Shown here one piece after another: positions 55,659 through 63,782 of a DNA stretch of 64,000 bases. Location: the NCBI GenBank assembly GCA_964600125.1, contig CAZRIK010000002.1:292-64291 (forward strand), read 5' to 3'. The DNA comes from an uncultured Candidatus Bathyarchaeia archaeon. GTDB lineage: Archaea; Thermoproteota; Bathyarchaeia; Bathyarchaeales; DTEX01. Each line of letters opens with the position of its first letter. The first letter of the stretch is position 1. Made by a program: the position numbers and the translations under genes. The notes under the pieces were generated by a model that was not told the origin of the DNA, made no database searches, and saw nothing but the letters and a program-made list of their open reading frames with translations.

Positions 55659-57298
55659 GAAGTCTAAGAAGTAACCGTTCGGGACAGGTTCTGATCATCG
55701 CTGCCTTAGCGGTAGCCCTGCTGATTTCGTCTACGATCGTTTACACCTATCAAACTAGCCGCGTCACAAACGTCAGCCAACCCTTCGCTGTCCAAGATTT
55801 CGTGAGGAACGTCAAACTCGGCTCTCGTAACTTGGTGATTGGCTGCCTCGTGGATATTACAGGTGGCGGAACCACGATACTTAACACAAACCTTGATAGA
55901 TGGATAGACTTCGTGAAAAGTCAGTACTACCTTGGGGAATGTGTCCTAGACTTTGAGCTCTGCGACGATGAACCTTACTCTTACGGTTTGTGGCAGAGCT
56001 GGAACGAAGACGGTTGCGGCGTATCAAGCGCCAAGGCGGATTTCACACTCAATCTATCGGACAGCGAAATAGAAGTAGTGGTAACTTTTCCCGTGAACGT
56101 TACATCCTCAGTTTTGTCATACGGAGCGCATTATTCTAATCCAGCTTTTTGGCAAGACATCAACATGACAATTAACCTTTACAACGAAGGCGAACCAGCG
56201 CTCGCTGAAGATTTGGAGGTCTACTACCAGCACACTTCAGGCTGGCGAAACGCGGAACAGCTAAGCAGCTACTCATTGGCTGATTATGGAAACGGAACAT
56301 ACCGCGTCTTTTTCACGGTTTCCAGATTCTGGACTCACCAGCTGTCAATCAGAACTTACGACCAAAGAAACATTTATGTCCAGTCAGTTCTAGCCCCAAC
56401 GAAAATCATAGAGCAAACGCCCGTCTTTCTAGTCGCCACCAGTAGTATTGAAATCGTAGAATTCGACAACGTAACATGGACGCTGCTAACGGGTTCTTCC
56501 GGAATGGGCGAAATACTTTCAGTAGGCTCAAACGCCCAATCTTGGATAATAGGCTGCAAAAACCGCAGAGTCTTCGAGTATAATGGAGAAAACTTCACCG
56601 AGATAACTCCAGCCGTAAACCCGTTCACTAGAGACGTTAGTGCAATATGTTGGGGGGACGGTTATTGGCTTGTCGGCGACAGAAACGGCAGAATACAAAA
56701 ATACGACGGGAGCTCATGGACCGACCTGACGGCTGAGGCTGGCTTCAACTCTCAGAGAATTCCGATCACAGAAATCGAGTGGAACGAGGACTTCGGGTAC
56801 TGGCTTGTCGGCAGCGACAGCGTTGTAAAAAAGTTTGATGGAAGCAGCTGGATTGGCGTTTCTCCGTCTTTCAGGCAGTTCGAAGACGAGATTGGCGGCA
56901 TAAGCTGCGACGGTTCAACTTGGCTTGTTGGTGACCTAAATGGTGTTATCCAGAAGTTCAACGGCACATACTGGACCGACCTGACGGCTGAGGCTGGCTT
57001 TTATTCCAGTGGAAAATCGATACATGCGATTGACTGGGGAAACAGCCAGTTTCTCGTGGGAGGCAAAGACGGGACAGTAAAAATTTATGATGGGAGTTCA
57101 TGGTCTGACAAGTCCAGTGGCTGGGGGTCGAACATTGACATTTTCGCCATCGAATACAGCGACACGTACGCGTACTGGCTTGTGGGCGGGGAAGGTGGTA
57201 ACATAAAAAGTTTCGACGGTTCTTCATGGATTGACAGAACAACCCAAGCTGGACTGGGTAGCACCATCAACGCGATTAGTGCTGAATTCCAGTGTTAG
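55655..57298 (+). CDS. pilin-like N-terminus fused to a large domain ending in a ~6-7-blade beta-propeller-like repeat region
   Basis: MRSLRSNRSGQ/VLIIAALAVALLISS is a class III signal peptide. The C-terminal half has ~42-aa repeats (Y/F-D/N-G-S/T-x-W-T/I-D...WLVG...G.I.K). Confidence 0.7.
   Translation: MRSLRSNRSGQVLIIAALAVALLISSTIVYTYQTSRVTNVSQPFAVQDFVRNVKLGSRNLVIGCLVDITGGGTTILNTNLDRWIDFVKSQYYLGECVLDFELCDDEPYSYGLWQSWNEDGCGVSSAKADFTLNLSDSEIEVVVTFPVNVTSSVLSYGAHYSNPAFWQDINMTINLYNEGEPALAEDLEVYYQHTSGWRNAEQLSSYSLADYGNGTYRVFFTVSRFWTHQLSIRTYDQRNIYVQSVLAPTKIIEQTPVFLVATSSIEIVEFDNVTWTLLTGSSGMGEILSVGSNAQSWIIGCKNRRVFEYNGENFTEITPAVNPFTRDVSAICWGDGYWLVGDRNGRIQKYDGSSWTDLTAEAGFNSQRIPITEIEWNEDFGYWLVGSDSVVKKFDGSSWIGVSPSFRQFEDEIGGISCDGSTWLVGDLNGVIQKFNGTYWTDLTAEAGFYSSGKSIHAIDWGNSQFLVGGKDGTVKIYDGSSWSDKSSGWGSNIDIFAIEYSDTYAYWLVGGEGGNIKSFDGSSWIDRTTQAGLGSTINAISAEFQC
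56717..57000 (+). repeat. exact 29-nt direct repeat inside the propeller region (56717..56745 and 56972..57000)
   Basis: tggaccgacctgacggctgaggctggctt occurs twice, 255 nt (two blades) apart. Confidence 0.85.
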
Positions 57299-57381
57299 CG
57301 GTACATAATCTTATTCAGAAAGGCGTCTTCGTATTGTTGTTTCAAGCCCTAATATAAGAACCTAATTTACAATAAAGGTTC

Positions 57382-57864
57382 ATGGTATCTGCGTCGGTGC
57401 TGAGGTTTCTTTTCCCTAAAGGCGAATGGGTGTGGAGGACGGTTCTTCTTTTCGGCTTCATCTTCCTCGATTTACTGGTCACCCTAATGCTATGCGAGAC
57501 CCCCTATGCCGAGGCGAACCTCTTAGCGAGGAGCTTCATGCAGACCTACGGAATCGCTGCGGGCTTGGTGATTTTTGACCTGTTATTTTCTGTTCCGATT
57601 TACGCAATCCTCGTCCTTGACTCGCACCTCATCAGGTACACGGGACAGTACTCGTTGATAGCTGAATTGTTTGTTGACGTAACTTTGGGCTGGCTAATCG
57701 CAGGTGCCCACTTTAACGGCGCATTGAGCTGGCTGTGGGACGCTCCGCACTTAATACGGCAGACGCTCGGGTTCGGCTTTTACATCGCGGTTGCGTTTCC
57801 CGCGTTCTACTTGCGTCCGAAACCTGTTCTTCCGCGTTCGCTTTCTGAACCAAACGTGCAATAA
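57382..57864 (+). CDS. small polytopic membrane protein (DUF5658-like)
   Basis: 160 aa, 4 TM. The LDLLVTLMLCE...EANLLARSF pattern resembles DUF5658. Confidence 0.45.
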   Translation: MVSASVLRFLFPKGEWVWRTVLLFGFIFLDLLVTLMLCETPYAEANLLARSFMQTYGIAAGLVIFDLLFSVPIYAILVLDSHLIRYTGQYSLIAELFVDVTLGWLIAGAHFNGALSWLWDAPHLIRQTLGFGFYIAVAFPAFYLRPKPVLPRSLSEPNVQ

Positions 57865-57916
57865 AAACGAATTTAGCCTAAATCAGAAATCTTTTCGGTC
57901 ACTGACTATGAGCTAT

Positions 57917-58342
57917 CTATTGCTTTTTGTGTGTGCCAAGGTATTGCTGGTATTCTTCGGTTTTTTCGCGGATGTGCTGTCGTATGTAGTCGTCGGCGTT
58001 TTTGTATTCAGCCCCAGTTTCTTCCATAGCTTTGTCGAGAAGGTGGTATTCTTCGCTTGGAATTGGTACGTTAACATAGAATTCTTCAGCTTTAAGCTCA
58101 TCCAATCGGCGGCGGACAGCGTCCCGGACGAAGTCGGTTACGGTTGTGTATCCAACTGCACTATGGTTTTCTATGGCTTCGTTGATTTTTTGGACGAGGG
58201 CTTCTGGAAAAACGATGGATGTTTCAAGCAGCCTCGTTAAAGCGTCAGCGTAAGTTTGAAGTTTCCCGCTTTCCGCGGTTAATTCACCGACGAGGGAGGT
58301 GAGTTTCTCGTGGATTTCATCTTGAACTTTGAGGGTCTTCAT
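57917..58342 (-). CDS. ribbon-helix-helix domain protein (two RHH-like segments)
   Basis: N-terminal MKTLKVQDEIHEKLTSLVGE... and central TTVTDFVRDAVRRRLDEL. It is divergent from the RHH-portal pair. Confidence 0.5.
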   Translation of the reverse strand: MKTLKVQDEIHEKLTSLVGELTAESGKLQTYADALTRLLETSIVFPEALVQKINEAIENHSAVGYTTVTDFVRDAVRRRLDELKAEEFYVNVPIPSEEYHLLDKAMEETGAEYKNADDYIRQHIREKTEEYQQYLGTHKKQ

Positions 58343-58491
58343 GCTATTTTCCGTCCTAACTGTTGCGTAGTCTAGTTTGTTGTTTGAGCATTTATGTCTT
58401 GTGGAAAAGGGGGACTTGGTGTAACAAATTTGATAAGTTTTATAAAGTCCACTTGGTATACTAAGTATCCTATATTAGGGAGAAAACAAAA

Positions 58492-58662
58492 ATGAAAGCA
58501 TACCTTGCGGTCACAGTCGACTCCGAGCTTTACCGGAGGATAGAGCAGTTAAGAGGACGCGAGAAGCGGTCAACCTTCGTTGAGCACCTGTTGCGGTTAG
58601 GCATGAAGGAACATAGAAGAGTCGTTGACGAAGAAAACGTGAAGGACGTGAGAAAAGCATGA
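58492..58662 (+). CDS. ribbon-helix-helix (CopG-like) protein, 56 aa
   Basis: MKAYLAVTVDSELYRRIEQLRGREKRSTFVEHLLRLGM is an RHH pattern. An AGGGAG SD-like motif is present. Its stop overlaps the portal ATG (ATGA). It is below the ORF-track cutoff. Confidence 0.55.
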   Translation: MKAYLAVTVDSELYRRIEQLRGREKRSTFVEHLLRLGMKEHRRVVDEENVKDVRKA

Positions 58663-59813
58663 GCAAACTTGCTGGTTGGCTGCACGAAAAAGTCAGCGGA
58701 AACGTCGGCAACCTATTACCTGCGCACACGTCGAGGTTCGGAGAGCAGCCTTCAGTGAGCTTCCAGGACTGCGTCAACGCGTACTTGAAGGACCCAACGT
58801 GCAAAGCCTTCGTCGATTTCCTCTCAGACCAGGTTGTAGGCGCAGGATTCTACACGACCGTGAATGAGGGTTATGAGGGTGCTGCTGAAGCTAAGAGTGC
58901 TGTTGACGAGTTTTGTGAGCATGTGAACCTTGATAACATGCTTCAGACAGCCGCCAGAGAGGTAATCGCTACGGGGAACAGTTTCTGGGAAAAGATTGAA
59001 CCCAACAGCCTCGTTGACTTGAGAATCCTGCCGTTAACCAGTTTAAGCCACATCAAACGGGACGTCCAAGGCAACATTCAATCCTACGTCCAATCAGCCG
59101 CGTACGGCGGAAAAAGCTTGACATCTAACAGGATCATCCATTTCAAATGGAACCCCGTTGACGGTGAACCGTTCGGGACAGGCGTCCTGAGACCGTTGCT
59201 TGAAAAAATGACAATAGGCGGAGAGACGAGGATGAGCTTCTTAGAGATGAAAGCTCGCATAGAAAAGATGCTGCCCGAAATCTTCGAAAAATACGCGGGA
59301 CCAGATGAGCTCTGGGTTTTCGAAGGAGTAAGCGACGACCGACTCGCAGAGTACCAACGCATAATCAAGTCTAAGCCGAAAGCTGGAGCAAGGTTCGTCT
59401 ACAACAAGAAAGCGGACGTTAAAACCGTGCAAATAGACCCTAGGACCCAGTTCCAAACCTACTTGGACCACATAATCAATCAAGTCTATTTAGGCGGAGA
59501 AACGCCGCTACCAAAACTATTCACGACGCCAGGTTTCACGGAAGCCTCAGCCAAAGCAGCCATTGAACTGGCAGAACGGAAGGTATACGCGCTCCAAAGG
59601 TTCATGAAACGCGCTGTAGAAAAAGAACTCTTCACGCCGATTATCCAGCAAAGGGGCTACGACCCGCAAAAGGCTGGCTGCCGACTGAACTGGGGAATAC
59701 CTGAAAAACCGCAGGTCATTGTCGCTGACATCTTAAGGGCTGCTGAGCTCCAGTTGATCAGTCCTAATGAGTTTCGTGGTATGATGAAGAAGGTAGGATG
59801 GGAGTTAACTTAG
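58659..59813 (+). CDS. phage/virus portal protein (HK97/SPP1-like)
   Basis: 384 aa. The overall pattern is typical of portal proteins (GAGFYT..., NSFWEKIE...LRILPL, IIHFKWNP...PFGTGVLRPLL, ...LGGETPLPKLF). A matching MCP/protease set lies elsewhere in the window. Confidence 0.6.
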   Translation: MSKLAGWLHEKVSGNVGNLLPAHTSRFGEQPSVSFQDCVNAYLKDPTCKAFVDFLSDQVVGAGFYTTVNEGYEGAAEAKSAVDEFCEHVNLDNMLQTAAREVIATGNSFWEKIEPNSLVDLRILPLTSLSHIKRDVQGNIQSYVQSAAYGGKSLTSNRIIHFKWNPVDGEPFGTGVLRPLLEKMTIGGETRMSFLEMKARIEKMLPEIFEKYAGPDELWVFEGVSDDRLAEYQRIIKSKPKAGARFVYNKKADVKTVQIDPRTQFQTYLDHIINQVYLGGETPLPKLFTTPGFTEASAKAAIELAERKVYALQRFMKRAVEKELFTPIIQQRGYDPQKAGCRLNWGIPEKPQVIVADILRAAELQLISPNEFRGMMKKVGWELT

Positions 59814-60068
59814 CCAGAAAAAATGATTAAGAAATTTTTTGGCAAACAGCGGTTATATCTTGATTTTTTTGCCTTGACAAATTGTGCTGTTTGTTATTTT
59901 TATGTACCAAAGCATTGCCTATTGTTCAAATCACAAATTAAGCGCTGTAAATTTCTTTGACCAAAACTTGTCTATTGCCGATTCTGTGAATCTAATGTCT
60001 AGATACATTCTTATAGTTTGGTCTTGCGCTTTTATAGGTTTTATTGAATAGAGGTCGATGCGTCGAGG

Positions 60069-61226
60069 ATGGAACGGTCTTTCTGGCTCGTCAGCCTAAC
60101 GCACATGTTCTTAGAAGTCTATTACCTCATTCAGGTTGCCCTCATCCCGGTTTTCGTACGCGAGTTTCATATAGAGCTCCTCGAAGCCTCGTTGGTTGCC
60201 ACTGTCCCAAGTCTCGTCCCGATCTTCATGAATATTCCAGTCGGCTACTTGGCAGACCGCGTGAGCGTGAACCGACTGTTGTTCGCGAGTATGGCAATCG
60301 AAGCTGCTTCAGCCTTAGCTATAAGCCAGACGAACAGTTTTTGGGTGCTGGTGCTTTGCGTCTCGGTCATGAGGACGTGCTCTCCGCTCTATCACATCAC
60401 GGGATTGAGCAGCATAAGTCGAGTTGTCGCGCAGAAAAGGATTAGCCGATCAATGGGCGTCCACAACGCCTTAGGAAGCCTAGGTTCAGCTATAGGCTTG
60501 GTCAGCCTCGCAATTTTCCAGTCGATAGCCAGTTGGAGATGGATGTACATCTTTTGGCCCGTTCCCCTGTTTGTTTGGGGAATAATCATCCTCAAGTCTC
60601 CCCAGTTAAAAACCACCAAAACCGACAACGACGAAAAAAGACTAATCTTAAAGCGGTTGCCCTTAATATTCTCCGCGGGCTTCATGATTTTCTTGGTTGC
60701 CATCGGATTGCGGGAGGTCGGTAACACGGGGACGTCAACCTTCATGACCACTTATCTCGTGGACACGAGAGGGCTTTCAGAGGTCACTGCTAGCCTTATT
60801 TTTGGGCTGGGTCCCTTCACGGGCATTTTAGGCTCTTTGGTTGGAGGATTTCTGGGCGAAAGAATAGGCGCCAAAAAGACCCTTAGCTTAGTGATGGTGG
60901 GCTGCATTTTTTCGCTTGCTGCCGTAGCTTTTTCGCCAGACCTATTCGTGCTTACGCTTGTCTACGTCTTTTACTCGTTTTTCAGCAACAGCGTTTGGTC
61001 GCCGATGAACACGCTTGTTGCCGACTTGACGCCTAAGAACGAAAGAGGACTGAGCTTCAGCATCTACTTCCTCACAGAAGGAGTCATATGCTCCGCAACC
61101 CCAGTCGTCGCTGCCGCCGTCATAAGCCTAACGAGCATTTGGATAATCTTCCCCTTCAGCGTCGTATTCATCGCCTTAGGGCTCCTCGCTCTTCAGATGC
61201 TCTCTTACCAAAATACTCAGGGATGA
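60069..61226 (+). CDS. MFS transporter
   Basis: 385 aa, about 12 TM. GYLADRVSVNRLL is a motif-A-like loop. Confidence 0.8.
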   Translation: MERSFWLVSLTHMFLEVYYLIQVALIPVFVREFHIELLEASLVATVPSLVPIFMNIPVGYLADRVSVNRLLFASMAIEAASALAISQTNSFWVLVLCVSVMRTCSPLYHITGLSSISRVVAQKRISRSMGVHNALGSLGSAIGLVSLAIFQSIASWRWMYIFWPVPLFVWGIIILKSPQLKTTKTDNDEKRLILKRLPLIFSAGFMIFLVAIGLREVGNTGTSTFMTTYLVDTRGLSEVTASLIFGLGPFTGILGSLVGGFLGERIGAKKTLSLVMVGCIFSLAAVAFSPDLFVLTLVYVFYSFFSNSVWSPMNTLVADLTPKNERGLSFSIYFLTEGVICSATPVVAAAVISLTSIWIIFPFSVVFIALGLLALQMLSYQNTQG

Positions 61227-61395
61227 TAAGCTCCTCAGAAACCTCATCTAAAGTAGTAATTGCATCGATAAAGAACGGAAAGTGCACGTATTCCAAAGGT
61301 TCATAAAACATTCAACAGAAAATAAATCATGGCTGAACTATAACATTTATAGATGAAGAAACGTAGAAAAAAGAAACCAAAGCGAGGTCTATACA

Positions 61396-62523
61396 ATGAA
61401 CGTAGATAAGGTTCGAGAGATGTTTCCGGTCACGAAGACTAGGGCTTTTCTTAACCACGCTGCGGCTTCGCCTTTACCTTTGCCTGTTAAAGCAGCAGTC
61501 CAAAATTATCTGGAAAACTCCTTGTTTCACGAAGAGGACCACAGTGCCCCAAATGAGGGAAGGAATCTTTTTGCCCAGCTCGTGAACGCTGAACCAACGG
61601 AAATAGCCCTTGTTCCCAACACAACAACAGGGCTGAACATAGCTGCCAACACCCTTGACTATCCAAGAGGCTGCAACGTAGTCACGACTGACCTTGAGTT
61701 TCCAACAGTCGTCTACCCGTGGTTGAGGAGAAAGCTGAAACCTAATGTTGAGGTCAGATACGTCAAGAACGTAGACGGGAAACTGCTGCTGGATGACTTC
61801 GAAAAAAATGTGGACGACCGAACCGTCGCTGTTGTGGTCAGCCACGTGGAATACTCGAACGGCTTCAGAAACGATCTTAAGGCATTGTCCGAGATCGCCC
61901 ATGGACATAGAGCCGTGGTCATAGTTGACGTGTGCCAATCTGCAGGCGCACTGCGCATAGATGTGAAACGGGACAAAGTCGACTTTCTGGCAACCTCGAG
62001 CTACAAGTGGCTTCTGGGACCCAGCGGCGCAGGCTTCCTGTACGTCCAGAAAGACTTGATTGCGGAGTCCGAACCCGTTTTCGTCGGTTACGAAGGCGTA
62101 AAACCCGAGGTCTTCAAGACTATAGAGCTCTGGAACAACCGAGAGCTGGAGTTCATCGAGACCGCCAACCGTTTCGAGACAGGTGGACTAAGCTCTCTCA
62201 GCTACGTGGGCGCATCAGCTGCAATGAAGATGATTCTCGAAGTTGGCATAGACGAGATAGAGAGACGCGTAATTGGCTTGACTGGGTTCCTCGTTGATAG
62301 GCTAAAAGAAGAAGGGTTTAAGCTTCAAACTCCCGACGCTGTTGAACATCGTTCAGGCATCGTGAACTTCTTAGTAAATGATGCCCGAGGAAAGGCTGAA
62401 AAATTAGAGCAAAAAGGCATAATTGTTTCAGCGCGGATGAATGGTATACGGGTTTCGCCGCACTTCTACAACACCGAAGAAGAACTTGACACACTCATTA
62501 AGGAAACCAAAAAACTGAGTTAA
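61396..62523 (+). CDS. class V aminotransferase / cysteine desulfurase-like PLP enzyme
   Basis: 375 aa. SSYKWLLGPSGAGFLYV contains the PLP lysine, and VSHVEYSNG and DVCQSAG are also present. Confidence 0.8.
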   Translation: MNVDKVREMFPVTKTRAFLNHAAASPLPLPVKAAVQNYLENSLFHEEDHSAPNEGRNLFAQLVNAEPTEIALVPNTTTGLNIAANTLDYPRGCNVVTTDLEFPTVVYPWLRRKLKPNVEVRYVKNVDGKLLLDDFEKNVDDRTVAVVVSHVEYSNGFRNDLKALSEIAHGHRAVVIVDVCQSAGALRIDVKRDKVDFLATSSYKWLLGPSGAGFLYVQKDLIAESEPVFVGYEGVKPEVFKTIELWNNRELEFIETANRFETGGLSSLSYVGASAAMKMILEVGIDEIERRVIGLTGFLVDRLKEEGFKLQTPDAVEHRSGIVNFLVNDARGKAEKLEQKGIIVSARMNGIRVSPHFYNTEEELDTLIKETKKLS

Positions 62524-62525
62524 CG

Positions 62526-63782
62526 TTAGACGGTAAATGAGTCTCCGGGGTTTGGAGCAACAGCCTCTAAGCCAACTTCCTCTTTAATCCATTTTGCCAG
62601 CCTTGGGCAGTTCCCTTCAGCACCGTGAACCACGTAGACGATTGGGTCGCCCTTAAACTTCTTCACGGTTTCGTGGAGTTCCGTTGCACCTGCGTGGCTG
62701 CTGAAGTCGAAGAATCCAACTTTGGCTTTAACTTTCCGCATCCGCCCGTCGATGACGCATCTGCCCTTATCAAGCAGTTCTTTGCCTGGCGTCCCCGGAA
62801 TCTGGTATCCAACCAAAAAGACGGCGTTACCCGCTCTCTTGCCAATCGTTTGCAGGTATGAACTCGCGGGTCCGCCTTTCAGCATTCCAGCTGGGGAAAT
62901 TATGACGCCTGGTCTTTTGGACGCGATTCTTCTGTCTCTCCATCCCTCAACCCAGTTGGTTTCGTGAATTGCGTCCATGTACAACCGCCTATCTTTGACG
63001 AAGTCAAGCTGCTCCATCAATATTCTGCTTGCTTCCCGAGCCATGCCGTCGATCATGACTGGGTATTCAAAATGATTCGCCGCCAGAACACAGGCTATTT
63101 CCTGAGATCGACCGACGCTGAAGGCTGGAATCAGCACTGTTCCGCCTTTCTCCACCGTGTCATTCACTTCGGTTACAAGCCTCTCTTCAAGCTCTTTCCT
63201 CGGAGTGTGCTCTTCGTCAGCATAGGTGCTTTCCATAACCACCACATCGAGCTCTCCGTAGTCCTGGTCAGCAGGCGGAAGAAGCTTAGTTTCAACGGTG
63301 TTGAAATCGCTTGTGTACAAGAGTCTTTTGCCTTCCGCTTCAACGAGAACTTGGGCTCCGCCTGGAAGATGCCCAGAGTTAAGGAGCTGAAAACTAAGGT
63401 CCCCGACGGGTGCTTCTTCCCGGTATTTCAAGTCTCTACGGCTACGCATCATCGTACGCAGCTCAAGGAACTCAAAGGGAATATAGTAGCTCGAAAGCTT
63501 AATGAAATCTTTAATCAAAATGTTAGCAAAATCAAAGGTCATCCGTGTCCCGTAAACAGGCTTCATTTCCTGAATGTGGAAGATTGGAACTGCGCCTGAA
63601 TGGTCAAGGTGACTGTGCGTCACGACGACGGCGTCAACCTCTTTTGGCGGAACATGCATCGGAAATCCAGGAGTATGATCGAGCATGACCCCGTAATCCA
63701 GTAGAATTTGGGTCTTCTGTGTCTTGACTGAAATGGCGGCTCTCCCCACCTCTCTTGCGCTGCCAAGAAATTTTATATCCAA
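62526..63782 (-). CDS. MBL-fold beta-CASP ribonuclease (aCPSF2-type)
   Basis: HSHLDHSG (HxHxDH) motif. 418 aa with no N-terminal KH domains. A beta-CASP insertion is present, along with C-terminal HGA/HGE-type motifs. Confidence 0.75.
   Translation of the reverse strand: MDIKFLGSAREVGRAAISVKTQKTQILLDYGVMLDHTPGFPMHVPPKEVDAVVVTHSHLDHSGAVPIFHIQEMKPVYGTRMTFDFANILIKDFIKLSSYYIPFEFLELRTMMRSRRDLKYREEAPVGDLSFQLLNSGHLPGGAQVLVEAEGKRLLYTSDFNTVETKLLPPADQDYGELDVVVMESTYADEEHTPRKELEERLVTEVNDTVEKGGTVLIPAFSVGRSQEIACVLAANHFEYPVMIDGMAREASRILMEQLDFVKDRRLYMDAIHETNWVEGWRDRRIASKRPGVIISPAGMLKGGPASSYLQTIGKRAGNAVFLVGYQIPGTPGKELLDKGRCVIDGRMRKVKAKVGFFDFSSHAGATELHETVKKFKGDPIVYVVHGAEGNCPRLAKWIKEEVGLEAVAPNPGDSFTV

Noticed and set aside
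49129-57298. The pilus locus as an archaellum (flagellum) operon
   Set aside because: There is no FlaH (KaiC-like) gene, no FlaF/FlaG-type gene and no FlaC/D/E gene between the pilins and the ATPase. The last gene is an adhesin-like propeller fusion.
62964-63599. 211-aa plus-strand ORF antisense to the beta-CASP nuclease gene. The same applies to 16932..17555, 13348..13830 and 36575..37069.
   Set aside because: These are shadow ORFs opposite genes with clear motifs.
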